From the IMG/VR virus record IMGVR_UViG_3300005535_000018, positions 39,500-103,499 of that record: DNA of 64,000 nucleotides; one strand, 5' to 3'. The position numbers and the translations under genes are program-made. The notes under the pieces were generated by a model that was not told the origin of the DNA, ran no database searches, and saw only the letters and a list, made by a program, of their open reading frames with translations. This document shows, piece after piece, positions 17,410-26,755 of the stretch (position 1 is the stretch's first letter; every line of letters begins with the position of its first letter). The DNA comes from a virus. Its lineage: Duplodnaviria; Caudoviricetes.

Positions 17410-18123
17410 ATGGACACCGACAACCCGACCTCACCGGCGAGTGGCCTACACGACGTGCGGATCGAATACCGCGCCAAGGGCGCCAAGGAAGGCTCACCAG
17501 CGGTGCGGGTGCTGACGCTGTCCGGCCTCGAACGGGACGAGCTGGTCGCCAGCTTCGCCGCCGACGCCAGCGCCACCGCCACGCTCACACTGCGGTGCTC
17601 ACACACCCACGACGACGAGGCCGGCTGCGACGGCACCTTCCAGGTCCAGGCTTGGCGGGTCCGGTCGATCGTGGCGCTGCCCGGCGGCGAGGTGCTGTAC
17701 GAGCGGCGCCGCAGCGTCAACCGCGTCGACGGCTGGTACCACACCGACGGCAGCCGCTGCCCGACCGCGTTGCTGCCGGCCGGCGCCGACGACGGCAAGT
17801 ACTGGTGCACCGAACATCAGCAGCACCTCTACGCCGCCCCCCCGGCGGCGCTGGTGCCGGCCCGGCCGAGGCCGGCCACAACGCCCCTCAACCTCGACGA
17901 CGCCCACGCCGTGTTGGGCGGCGAGCTGGAGCAGCTCCTCGCCAACGCCGCCGGCCGCGACGCGCTCGCCCCGGGGGCGCTCATGGTCCAGGCGTTCAAA
18001 GAGACCGGCGACGAGCTGGGCGCCCTCGTGGTGTCGCAGGTCATGAGCCTGTTCCTGATGCGGCTGCAAGCCGCCGCGGCCCTGTACGACGCCACCCCCG
18101 ACTCGAGAGGACCGTCCGCATGA
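17410..18123 (+). CDS. Hypothetical protein
   Basis: GGAGGA RBS; GC3-rich. Confidence 0.7.
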   Translation: MDTDNPTSPASGLHDVRIEYRAKGAKEGSPAVRVLTLSGLERDELVASFAADASATATLTLRCSHTHDDEAGCDGTFQVQAWRVRSIVALPGGEVLYERRRSVNRVDGWYHTDGSRCPTALLPAGADDGKYWCTEHQQHLYAAPPAALVPARPRPATTPLNLDDAHAVLGGELEQLLANAAGRDALAPGALMVQAFKETGDELGALVVSQVMSLFLMRLQAAAALYDATPDSRGPSA

Positions 18124-18695
18124 CCACCACCGCCGCGGTGCTGCTGGAGGAATACCGGGCCATCAAGGCCGAACAGAACGACCGCTTGAAGACCCGCGAC
18201 GCCCTCGTCTACGCCACCATGGCCGTGATCGGCGTCGTCACCTACACCGCTATCACGATCCGCCAGCCGGACCTGCTGCTCGGCGTGGCAGCCGGAACGT
18301 TGGTGCTGGGCTGGCTGTACCTCGGCAACGACCGCAAGATTGCCTGGGCCAGGGACTACCTGCGCAGCGAACTGCGCTACCAGTTGGCCGCCGAACTCGA
18401 TGACGTCGACCCGGGCCGGCTGCTGCGCTGGGAAACGCCGCCCCGCTACTGGGGGCTGCCGCTGTGGCGCCTCGGCGGACTGTGGCATGACCTGGCCCTG
18501 TTCGTGGTGCCGCCCGCCGTGGTGCTGGCCTGGTGGCCGGTCGAGCGGTGGAACGGCACCTGGACAGATCCGCTCAGCTGGGCCTGGGCCGCCCTCACCG
18601 TTGACCTGGTGATGGTCACCGTCGCCGTGTTCGCGTCCACGGCCGTACGGCAACCTGCTGGAGATCCCCTGGAGCGGCGAGCACTCGCGGGTTGA
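18120..18695 (+). CDS. Integral membrane protein (about 4 TM)
   Basis: Hydrophobic pairs; ATGA overlap. Confidence 0.75.
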   Translation: MTTTAAVLLEEYRAIKAEQNDRLKTRDALVYATMAVIGVVTYTAITIRQPDLLLGVAAGTLVLGWLYLGNDRKIAWARDYLRSELRYQLAAELDDVDPGRLLRWETPPRYWGLPLWRLGGLWHDLALFVVPPAVVLAWWPVERWNGTWTDPLSWAWAALTVDLVMVTVAVFASTAVRQPAGDPLERRALAG

Positions 18696-18708
18696 GCGGG
18701 CCTACGAG

Positions 18709-19206
18709 TTGACCGCCGCCGCGGTCGGGTTCGACAGCAACTGGTCCGGTCTGCGGGTCTACTGGTACTGCGGCGGGCCGTTGGGTTGCGGCGCGCACGT
18801 CACCGACCGGGGGCCGTACGACGGTTACCCGTCTGACTGCGAGTCAGGCCACGTCGACGGCTGCCGCCGCTTGGCCGCCGAGGAGGACGCCAAGATCCGG
18901 GAAAACGAGGAAGCCGAAACCCGAGGGCAGGTCATGGACGAGGCGTTGGAGCGGCTGCTGCCGGGCAGCTTCGCCCGCGACACCGCCATCCGGGCCCGTG
19001 ACGTGCTCGCCCACGGTGGCCAGTACCGCGGTTGGTCCACCGGCGAAACCCTTGCCGTGGCCCTGGCCCTGAACGACGAGGCGATGCTCAAGCAGCTCGG
19101 CTACACGGACCGGGCCCAAGCCATCCAGCGGGTGGGGGCCGGCCTGACCAGCGACCCGCAGGGCTGCCTCGCCCTGATCAGGGCAGCCGTGACCGGCGAA
19201 CGCTGA
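18709..19206 (+). CDS. Hypothetical protein
   Basis: Protein-like composition; start uncertain. Confidence 0.6.
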   Translation: MTAAAVGFDSNWSGLRVYWYCGGPLGCGAHVTDRGPYDGYPSDCESGHVDGCRRLAAEEDAKIRENEEAETRGQVMDEALERLLPGSFARDTAIRARDVLAHGGQYRGWSTGETLAVALALNDEAMLKQLGYTDRAQAIQRVGAGLTSDPQGCLALIRAAVTGER

Positions 19207-19498
19207 CCCTTCCCGCGGCCCCCGATCGGGCGACCCGGCGCGCGCCACCGCCGCCGCCGCCCGGCCGGGGGCCGTACCGTACCTGCGTGTTGATCGCGCC
19301 ACGCCGACCCGACCCTGACGAGATGGGCGGCGGGACCTCAATCGTCACCGTGTTGGCCGAGGTCGAGCGGGGCCTGCGTTGCGACCAGTGCGGCCAGGAC
19401 ACCCGCGTCGACACCCACGTTCGGGCCGACGAGACCTCCCCGATCATCGCCACCCTGACCGGCTGCACCGCCTGCCGCACCGGCCTGTACGGGGCGCC

Positions 19499-19825
19499 AT
19501 GACCCAGCCGTTGCCGGCGTCGCCGGGCGACTGGCACCACGCCCCCGACCACCTCGTCGCGCTCGTCGCGGCCCTGACCGGGCCGCCGCCCCGCACCCTG
19601 ACCGGGGAGCCCACCGCCGAGCAGTGGTACCGGCAGATACGGCGGGTCGTGGACCAGGTCTGGTCGACGGGCTGGCTGGCCGGCGCCACCGACTACGCCG
19701 CCCGGATGCCGGCGCGGTGGGAGGTCACGTCAGGAACGCCGCTCCCGCCGGCCGTAGTGGCCGCTGAGGCCCGAGCGGCCCGACCCCAGGCAACCGTGCC
19801 GGCGAGCCAGGCAGGCCGCTCCTAG
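19499..19825 (+). CDS. Hypothetical protein
   Basis: GC3-rich frame. Confidence 0.55.
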   Translation: MTQPLPASPGDWHHAPDHLVALVAALTGPPPRTLTGEPTAEQWYRQIRRVVDQVWSTGWLAGATDYAARMPARWEVTSGTPLPPAVVAAEARAARPQATVPASQAGRS

Positions 19826-19882
19826 GGCTTTGGGGGGCGGGGTGGTTGACTCAACATCACCCAACACCCGAAGGACCCAACC

Positions 19883-20770
19883 GTGCCGAGACCCGACCGG
19901 CACCTGAGCGTGCGCGATGCTGCCGCGGCGCTGGGCGTGCCCGACTCCACTGTGCGGCTGTGGCTCGCCCGCGGCGACCTGCACGGCGGCGCCGACGACG
20001 CCGACCCTGGGCTGCGTCGCATCACCCCACCCACCCAATGGGTCGCCCAGTCCTCAGTGGACGCTGCGTTAGCGGCCCGGGCCGCCCGGGCCGGGGTACG
20101 CCTGGCCGTCACCGTCGCCGCCCTCAAGGGCGGCGTCGGCAAGTCGACCACGACGTGGGCGTTGGCGTCGCTGCTCGCCGACGAGGGCTGGCGGGTGCTG
20201 GTGATCGACGCCGACCCGAACTCGCAGACCTTGTACAGCCTGGCCGGGCGGTACCTCGAGGGGGGCGGGGAGCTGCCGTGGCGGGTGGTGCCCTGGGCGA
20301 CCCACGACCTGGGCCTGCTCGCCAACGCGCGCCGTCTCGCCGCCGACTACGACCACGTGCTGATCGACACCGGCCCCGACGGCGCCGACCTGACCCTGCT
20401 GCAGGCTGCCTGCCGGGTTGCGCCGCTGCTGGTGATGCCGTTCGCGCCCCGGGCGATCGAGCTGGAGCGGCTACCGGCCACAGTGGAGGCGGCCCGCCGC
20501 GGCAGCGTGCTAACCGAACAGCCGGTGTGGCCGGTGGTGCTGCTCACCAAGGTCGCGTTGCGCTCGCCCGCCGCCGAACGGACCCGGGCCGAGCTGGCCG
20601 CCGCCCCGCCCCCGATCAGCGGCATACCGGTGCTGGACAGCGAGGTCCGCGAGCTGGCCGTGTACACCCGCTACGCCGGACCCCTGACCCGCGCCGAGGC
20701 CGGCGACTACGTCGGGGTGCTCGATGAGCTGCGGGCCCTCACGGCCCAAATCGAAGACCAGGAGCTGTGA
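19883..20770 (+). CDS. parA: ParA-family ATPase with N-terminal HTH
   Basis: KGGVGKSTT; LVIDADPN; LIDTGP; N-terminal SVRDAAAALGVPDSTVRLW. Confidence 0.88.
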   Translation: MPRPDRHLSVRDAAAALGVPDSTVRLWLARGDLHGGADDADPGLRRITPPTQWVAQSSVDAALAARAARAGVRLAVTVAALKGGVGKSTTTWALASLLADEGWRVLVIDADPNSQTLYSLAGRYLEGGGELPWRVVPWATHDLGLLANARRLAADYDHVLIDTGPDGADLTLLQAACRVAPLLVMPFAPRAIELERLPATVEAARRGSVLTEQPVWPVVLLTKVALRSPAAERTRAELAAAPPPISGIPVLDSEVRELAVYTRYAGPLTRAEAGDYVGVLDELRALTAQIEDQEL

Positions 20771-21108
20771 TGGCCTCGACCAAACCGACCCCCGTGTCCG
20801 GGTCAGTGTTCACGAACCCGTCGCCGGTCACCCGCGACGACGGCGGCCCTCACACGCACGCGGGCGCGCGCCCGGGCGAGAGCGGGGGCAACGGCGCAAC
20901 CCCGGCCCCGGCCGGCGTGACGGGCCGCGACCTCGGCCTGGCCGCCCTGTCCGTCGTCGCCGCGATCGCCCGGCTGCGGGAACGGCGTGAGGCCCTGGCC
21001 GCCACCGTGGCGGGGGCCAGGGCCTCACAACACTCCGACGCGGTCATCCGCGCCCACCTCGTCGTGAACGGGCTGGAGCAGGACGAGATCGATGCCGCTA
21101 TGGGCTAG
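20770..21108 (+). CDS. Hypothetical protein, possible ParA partner
   Basis: Coupled to parA; disordered N-terminus and helical C-terminus. Confidence 0.55.
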   Translation: MASTKPTPVSGSVFTNPSPVTRDDGGPHTHAGARPGESGGNGATPAPAGVTGRDLGLAALSVVAAIARLRERREALAATVAGARASQHSDAVIRAHLVVNGLEQDEIDAAMG

Positions 21109-21329
21109 CGCTCCTGCTCGTGGCGGGTCCAATGGTCGCCGGCCCGGTCGACTGCCTCACCTTCGCTGTCGAACGTCTCGCTGCGGCCCGGCCGGTGCAC
21201 GCCGCCCAGCCCGCAGCGGAGGGGGCAGGTGAACAGCCAGCCCGTCACGAACGAGCCGCGCCACTCCGGATGAACCCGGATGCCATCGACGCAGCCCGGC
21301 ACGGGCAGATCCAGCGCGGTCGCCATCAC
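21105..21329 (-). CDS. Hypothetical protein
   Basis: Coupled to the HTH gene. Confidence 0.55.
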   Translation of the reverse strand: MMATALDLPVPGCVDGIRVHPEWRGSFVTGWLFTCPLRCGLGGVHRPGRSETFDSEGEAVDRAGDHWTRHEQER

Positions 21330-21622
21330 CGGCGCCGGGTGCGGGCCAGCTCGTCCGGCGCCGCCGGGGCGACGGTGACGGTGAGCAGGTGGCCGAAGCG
21401 GCGGCAGGCGTAGGGGCGGCTGGTGCCCAGCGCATCCGCGATCTCATCCCAAGTCATGGGCTTCGGCTTCAACGCCCGGGCCGCGGCCACGGCCGCCAGC
21501 TCGTCGCGCTCCAACTGTGCCCGGCGGGCCGGCATCGCCTGAAGCGCCTCTGTGGCTGCGGCTTTGGCCTCAGCGGCCACCGCCACGGCGGCCGGGTCGG
21601 GTGGCGTAGTCGTCTTCGTCAT
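21326..21622 (-). CDS. Small HTH regulator
   Basis: MTWDEIADALGTSRPYACRRFG. Confidence 0.8.
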   Translation of the reverse strand: MTKTTTPPDPAAVAVAAEAKAAATEALQAMPARRAQLERDELAAVAAARALKPKPMTWDEIADALGTSRPYACRRFGHLLTVTVAPAAPDELARTRRR

Positions 21623-21629
21623 GCTCCCA

Positions 21630-21712
21630 AGTGTGCCGGATTGTCTCTGAGATAACAAGGGGCGAAACAGGGACTTGTTATCTCTGGGGTACGGATGTAT
21701 CGTAGGGACAAC
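21630..21712. promoter_or_regulatory. Divergent promoters/operators; regulon copy 1
   Basis: TTGTTA-17-TATCGT on plus; TTGTTA-17-CACACT on minus; 11-bp inverted repeat at 21649-59 and 21674-84. Confidence 0.75.
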
Positions 21713-21749
21713 GACATACAGACGCAGACCCCCACAGAAGGAGCAAGCC

Positions 21750-22739
21750 ATGTCAGCACAGGTCGACACGATGTACTCGGTCCGCGAGGTCCCGTGGCAC
21801 AAGCAGGGCCAGGTGCTCGCCGAGTACCCCGGCTCCTGGGCCGAGGCCCGCGAGCAGGCCGGCATCGACTGGGATGTGCTCGCCGAGGAGCCCAAGTACC
21901 TCGACGGCATCGACGGCGACGGCTTCCCGATCTATGTCACGGACAGCGAGTACCGCCGGGTTTACCGCTCCGACACCCGCCGCACCCTCGGCTACACGTC
22001 GGACACCTATGAGGTCATCGACCACGAGGCGATGGGCGGGATCATCGAGGCCGTCCTGGCCCAGACCAACGTCAAGTACGAGACGGCCGGCAGCCTCGAC
22101 GAGGGCCGCGCCGTGTGGTGCCTCGCCCGGCTGGACGAACCGATCACCCTGCCCGGCGACCCGAACACGGTCACCTACCCGTACCTCGCGATCACGAACC
22201 GCCACGACGGCATGGGGTCCTGCGCCCTGAGGGCCACCGCCATCCGCATCGTGTGCATGAACACGTTCCGGGCGGCCGAGATGGAGGGCGAGCGCACCAA
22301 GGCAACCTTCACCTTCCGCCACACCAAGAACTGGAAGGACCGGGTCACCGAGGCCCGCGAGGCCGTCACCGGCGCCCGGCGCGAGATCGCCGACTACATC
22401 GAGCTGGCCACCGATCTGCTCGGCATGCCCGTCACCACGGCCCAGCAGGAGCAGTTCGTGCGGCTGTTCATCGGCACGCCGCCCGAGGCGCTGGTGTCGA
22501 AGCGGGTCGCCAACAACATCGAGACCTCCCGCGGCCTGATGCGGAAGATCCTGGCCTCCGAGACCACCGCCAGCGTCGCCCACACCGCGTACGGGCTGGT
22601 GCAGGCCGGCGTCGAGTACGCCGACCACGTCCGCCGGGCGAAGTCGTGGGAGAGCAAGCTCAACCGGACGCTGTTGCAGCCCGAGCCGCTCAAGCGCCGC
22701 GCGTTGGTGCTGGCCCGGGAGGTCGTCAAGACCGGCTGA
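21750..22739 (+). CDS. DUF932 (phage/plasmid-like) protein
   Basis: SVREVPWH; YETAGSL..GR.VW; NRHDG; IRIVCMNT; RHT. Confidence 0.88.
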   Translation: MSAQVDTMYSVREVPWHKQGQVLAEYPGSWAEAREQAGIDWDVLAEEPKYLDGIDGDGFPIYVTDSEYRRVYRSDTRRTLGYTSDTYEVIDHEAMGGIIEAVLAQTNVKYETAGSLDEGRAVWCLARLDEPITLPGDPNTVTYPYLAITNRHDGMGSCALRATAIRIVCMNTFRAAEMEGERTKATFTFRHTKNWKDRVTEAREAVTGARREIADYIELATDLLGMPVTTAQQEQFVRLFIGTPPEALVSKRVANNIETSRGLMRKILASETTASVAHTAYGLVQAGVEYADHVRRAKSWESKLNRTLLQPEPLKRRALVLAREVVKTG

Positions 22740-22755
22740 CCGGTTCGTCCGATAT

Positions 22756-22808
22756 TGCCCCAGAGAACCCCTTGTGTTCTCTGGGGCACTGTCGTATCCT
22801 AGAGATAC
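22756..22808 (+). promoter_or_regulatory. Repeated promoter/operator, copy 2
   Basis: 13-bp stem hairpin; TTGTGT-17-TATCCT; CTAGAGATAC. Confidence 0.85.
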
Positions 22809-22826
22809 CAACCACAGGAGGCCCCC

Positions 22827-23102
22827 ATGAACACCCACCCCGCCACCCCCGGCCAGAAGGTCATCTACCACGGCTCGATCGAAGAGGCCCGGGGCGAGGC
22901 CACCTACATCGGCGTGTGCGACGCCGACGTCCTTGACCCCTGCGCCGAGTGTGCGGCCCGGGACGAAGAGTGGGAGTTCTGGGGCAGCCCGGCCCCCGCG
23001 CCGATCCGCTACCGGCTGCGCCTCACCGCCACCGTCGAGCTGCGCTGCGTCCGGGCCGAGTCGTTCAGCCCGATCGTGGCCGACGCCGTCGCCGCCCACT
23101 AG
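22827..23102 (+). CDS. Hypothetical protein
   Basis: AGGAGG RBS. Confidence 0.75.
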   Translation: MNTHPATPGQKVIYHGSIEEARGEATYIGVCDADVLDPCAECAARDEEWEFWGSPAPAPIRYRLRLTATVELRCVRAESFSPIVADAVAAH

Positions 23103-23154
23103 ACCCCCCCCGGCCGGGGCGCCCCGCCCCGGCCCGCCGCCCGAGGAGGCAGCC

Positions 23155-23541
23155 ATGCTCGACACCACCACGATCCGCGTCCGGGTCGGCCGGACCGTCA
23201 AGACCTACCCGGCCGACGTCGCCGCCTACGCCCAGCACCTCGCCGAGGGTGGCGTCACGGTCAGCCTCGCCGAGGCCCGCCGGCAGGCCCGCGAGATGCT
23301 CGCCGCGAACCGGGCCGAGTGGGTCACCGGCGTCGTGTTCTGGGCGACCCTCGATGAGTCGGGTCTGGCGTACCGGCTGGACTTCGACCGCCGCGGCCGC
23401 TACAGCATCGACGCGGCCGCCCCGATGGCCGGACCCGACAACGTGCGAGACCTGTACGACGTCGACGGCTACGGCTGCGGCTGGGCCGGCCACAGCGACG
23501 CGGTCGGCGAACACGGCTGGTGCCCGGTCTGCCAGGACTGA
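23155..23541 (+). CDS. Hypothetical protein
   Basis: AGGAGG RBS; C-terminal CxxC. Confidence 0.75.
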   Translation: MLDTTTIRVRVGRTVKTYPADVAAYAQHLAEGGVTVSLAEARRQAREMLAANRAEWVTGVVFWATLDESGLAYRLDFDRRGRYSIDAAAPMAGPDNVRDLYDVDGYGCGWAGHSDAVGEHGWCPVCQD

Positions 23542-23566
23542 AGCGCCCCGGGCCTTGCGTCCGGTT

Positions 23567-23620
23567 TGCCCCAGAGAACCCCTTGTGTTTCTCTGGGGCA
23601 CTGTTGTATCCTAGAGACAC
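23567..23620 (+). promoter_or_regulatory. Repeated promoter/operator, copy 3
   Basis: TTGTGT-18-TATCCT; same hairpin. Confidence 0.85.
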
Positions 23621-23643
23621 AACGACGAGGCGAGGAGCCCACC

Positions 23644-24207
23644 ATGACGACCACCCGCACCTTCACCGAAGGCGAAGACGCCCTGTTCGAGCAGATCGAC
23701 AACGACGGCACGATGCGCTGCACCGTGTGCGGCTCGGTCGACTCGATCGCCAGCGAGTCGTACCCCAGCATGTATGCCGGCGACGAGAGCAGCGAGACCT
23801 GCGGCATCTGCGGCTCGTACGAGGCCGACAGCGACCCGTTCAAAGGCACCCGGGTCATCGAGCGCCGCGAAGGCCAGCTGCTGCTGATCCCGGCCGGCGA
23901 CACCACGATGCGGCTGGTGGCGCGGGGCGGGTTCCTGTACCCGGCGACCAGCGACGAGCACGACGAGGCCAACTACGAGACGGACCCCGCAACGCTCCTC
24001 GACGTCAAGGTCGGCGACCGGGTCGCGGTCACCTACCCGCACCTGGACTGGTTCGGCACCTTCACCGTGACGGAGCTCCAGCGCGACCAGTGGGGCCTTC
24101 GCTTCCACGGCGCGAGCTGGGACGCGGCGGGAGCGGGGCAGCCGATGCCGGCGGGCGTGAGCCCGTTCGCGGAGACGTCCACGCACCGCATCGCCCGCGC
24201 CGCCTGA
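23644..24207 (+). CDS. Hypothetical protein with N-terminal double-CxxC module
   Basis: GAGGAG RBS. Confidence 0.75.
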   Translation: MTTTRTFTEGEDALFEQIDNDGTMRCTVCGSVDSIASESYPSMYAGDESSETCGICGSYEADSDPFKGTRVIERREGQLLLIPAGDTTMRLVARGGFLYPATSDEHDEANYETDPATLLDVKVGDRVAVTYPHLDWFGTFTVTELQRDQWGLRFHGASWDAAGAGQPMPAGVSPFAETSTHRIARAA

Positions 24208-24221
24208 CCGGTTCGTCCGAC

Positions 24222-24275
24222 GTGCCCTAGAGAACCCCTTGTGTTCTCTGGGGCACTGCCGTATCCTAGAGACAC
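24222..24275 (+). promoter_or_regulatory. Repeated promoter/operator, copy 4
   Basis: TTGTGT-17-TATCCT. Confidence 0.85.
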
Positions 24276-24300
24276 AAGACGACGCGATGAGGAGCCCCCC

Positions 24301-24807
24301 ATGACGATCAACTTCACCCAGACGATCGCGACCGACGCCGACGCCCTGTTCGAGACCAGCCCGGACGGTACGACCTGCTGCACCGTCTGCGAGTCGCTCA
24401 ACTCGCTCGCCCGCGGCCGCCGCTGCACCGTGTGCGGCTCGTTCGAGGCCGACGGCCAGCCCGGCACCCGGGTCATCGCCCGCCGCAACGACGCCCGCAC
24501 CCTCGCCGACATCGAGCACGCCTACGACAACGAGGACTGGTGCGGGTACGGCTACCTAGCTCGCCGCAGCCAAGCCCTGAACAGCACCGACCCGGAGATC
24601 CCCTCGCAGCCCGACCGGGTCACCGAGGCCGACACGTGGCTGCTGGCCGAGGTCAACAGGCAGGGCTGGACCGCCGAAGAGTTGTTCAACTGGCTCAACA
24701 GCCGGACGGGCCGCTTCTACGGCGACCTGTGGTTCGGCGGCACCGCCGGCACCAAGCACCCGGTCGTGGAGCAGTCCCGGCCGCTCGTTCGGCGAGTGCG
24801 GGTCTGA
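24301..24807 (+). CDS. Hypothetical protein sharing its N-module with 23644-24207
   Basis: DALFE..DGT..CTVC..CGS.EAD..GTRVI. Confidence 0.75.
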   Translation: MTINFTQTIATDADALFETSPDGTTCCTVCESLNSLARGRRCTVCGSFEADGQPGTRVIARRNDARTLADIEHAYDNEDWCGYGYLARRSQALNSTDPEIPSQPDRVTEADTWLLAEVNRQGWTAEELFNWLNSRTGRFYGDLWFGGTAGTKHPVVEQSRPLVRRVRV

Positions 24808-24816
24808 TCTGCCGCA

Positions 24817-24870
24817 AGTGCCCTAGAGACACCCTTGTGTCCTCTAGGGCACTAGTGTATCCTAGAGACA
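24817..24870 (+). promoter_or_regulatory. Repeated promoter/operator, copy 5
   Basis: AGTGCCCTAGAG/CTCTAGGGCACT; TTGTGT-17-TATCCT. Confidence 0.85.
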
Positions 24871-24891
24871 ACACCAACCGAGGAGAGCCAA

Positions 24892-25311
24892 ATGACCGCC
24901 ACCAGCACCCACGAGTCCCGCTCCACCGAGATCGCGAAGGCCTTCGGCTTCGACTTCGACTTCGCCAGCCTGTGCACCACCGAGACGGGCCCAACCGGGG
25001 CGCAGCGGTTCGTGCTGTCCCTGATCGAAGAGATCACCTCGACCGAGCGTCAGATCGAGACGCGCCGCTACTGGATCCAGTCGAACCTCGACCGGACCAT
25101 GGGCGAGGTCAACGCCATCGACGGCCGGCCCTCCAGCCTCACCGCGGTCAGCGCCGACGAGCTGAACGGCCTCGTGGCCACCCTCGTCGCGCTGCGCAAG
25201 GTGCTCTCCGAAGCCAAGCGCACGATGTTCCCCGACGCCCCCAAAGAGCCCCGCAAGGTCACGCTCGGCCCCGACCAGGTAGCCCGGCGCACGGCGCAGC
25301 GGGCGCAGTAG
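24892..25311 (+). CDS. Hypothetical helical protein
   Basis: GAGGAG RBS. Confidence 0.75.
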   Translation: MTATSTHESRSTEIAKAFGFDFDFASLCTTETGPTGAQRFVLSLIEEITSTERQIETRRYWIQSNLDRTMGEVNAIDGRPSSLTAVSADELNGLVATLVALRKVLSEAKRTMFPDAPKEPRKVTLGPDQVARRTAQRAQ

Positions 25312-25313
25312 CC

Positions 25314-25374
25314 CCGGCCGGTCACGGTCGGGCGTGAACCCCCTGCAGGGTCGCGCCCGTCCGTGTCCGGCCGG
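25314..25374 (+). repeat. Intergenic long hairpin, copy A
   Basis: GCCGG-T-CACGG...CCGTG-T-CCGGC. Confidence 0.7.
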
Positions 25375-25410
25375 AGCTGTCCGGCGCCCCCTTCCTGAAC
25401 GGAGCTCCAC

Positions 25411-26067
25411 ATGATCACCTTCACCACCAAAGAGATCACCGACCCGGGCGCGCGGGTCACCGTCCGCGCCTCGGACGAGCGGGTCGCGCTCCGGCGTCCC
25501 GGCGCGTACGGACTGCGGTACCGGGCCGAGATCTGGTCGGCGCCCAGCCTGCCGACCACCGTCCAGCTGGCCCTGGTCGACACGCAGGCCCCCGAAGGCG
25601 ACGACCTGGTCGGCCGGGCCCTGACCGAGACGGACGAGCCCATCGCCATCGACGGCCAGCTCTACCGGGTCCGGTGGGGGCTGCACGCGGGCGACCCGCT
25701 GACCCTCGAACCCATCCGGACGATCACCCAGGAGCAGGCCGACGCCGCCCTGGCCGCGGTCAAGGCCCAGTACCGGCACTACCTCGAGGCCGGCTACGAC
25801 GGCCCGCAACTGCTGCCGCCGGGCCACCAGTTCAACCCGGCCCTCGGCTGGATGGTCATGTGGGAAGACGGGCCGTACGAGTGGGCGTACCGGGCCGGCG
25901 TCGGCGGCGTCGACGAGGAGCTGTTGACCCTCGCCGCCGATGAGCCGGCCCTCGGCAAGGCCGTGGCGGTCGAGCTGGCCACCGAGCCAGAGCCAACCGG
26001 CTACCCGGCCGGCGTGTTCGTCGAGGCGTGGTTCTCGTACGCCGTCTGGCTGTCCCCGGCCGAGTAG
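25411..26067 (+). CDS. Hypothetical protein
   Basis: GGAG RBS; GC3-rich. Confidence 0.75.
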   Translation: MITFTTKEITDPGARVTVRASDERVALRRPGAYGLRYRAEIWSAPSLPTTVQLALVDTQAPEGDDLVGRALTETDEPIAIDGQLYRVRWGLHAGDPLTLEPIRTITQEQADAALAAVKAQYRHYLEAGYDGPQLLPPGHQFNPALGWMVMWEDGPYEWAYRAGVGGVDEELLTLAADEPALGKAVAVELATEPEPTGYPAGVFVEAWFSYAVWLSPAE

Positions 26068-26072
26068 GCCCC

Positions 26073-26124
26073 GCCGGTCACGGGCCGGCGCGCACCGTCG
26101 AGGTCGCGCCAGTCCGTGTCCGGC
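26073..26124 (+). repeat. Intergenic long hairpin, copy B
   Basis: Same outer stem and GGTCGCGCC.GTCCGTGTCCGGCCGGA. Confidence 0.7.
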
Positions 26125-26161
26125 CGGACCCGACCGGCCGCGCACAGGAAGGCAACCCCTG

Positions 26162-26755
26162 ATGGTCACCAAGCAAGAAGCCGAGGCCGCCCTGGCGCGG
26201 GCCTTCGCCGAGATGAACGAGCCGGCCGCGCGGGACGCGATCGCCGGCATTCTCGGCGTGGACTCGATCACGTTCGCGGTCGACGACGAGGCAGAGCCGG
26301 CGCCGTGGCCGGCCGAGACGATGACGGTGCGGGTGCGTGACCGCTCAGCCGAGGCGCCATGGGGCTTTGGCCTCACCAACCCGGTCGTGCGGGTCGTCAC
26401 GATCTCGGCGTTCTGCACGGTCTGCGGCGGCCGCCGCGGCGAGCCGGGCAACCTCAACCAGTGCGACGACGGCGCGCACTACTCGGTCGACGTGTGGACC
26501 AACCCGTGCGGGCACACCGACGAGTACAGCGACGTCGTCGCCGAGGCGGCCGAGCTGCTGGCCCGGTACCCGTACTGGACGGCGACGACCCGCAAGGGCA
26601 CCACCCTGCACCGCGCCGGCCCGGCCGGCTTCACCGTCGACGGGTGCCACCGGTCGATGACGGCCGGCGGCGTCCGGCTCACGCCTGACGACGTCGCGGC
26701 GATGGACTACACCTGGTGCACCCTGTGCCCCGTCGACGAGGCGCCGCGTGCCTGA
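26162..26755 (+). CDS. Hypothetical Cys-rich protein
   Basis: AGGAAGG RBS. Confidence 0.7.
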   Translation: MVTKQEAEAALARAFAEMNEPAARDAIAGILGVDSITFAVDDEAEPAPWPAETMTVRVRDRSAEAPWGFGLTNPVVRVVTISAFCTVCGGRRGEPGNLNQCDDGAHYSVDVWTNPCGHTDEYSDVVAEAAELLARYPYWTATTRKGTTLHRAGPAGFTVDGCHRSMTAGGVRLTPDDVAAMDYTWCTLCPVDEAPRA

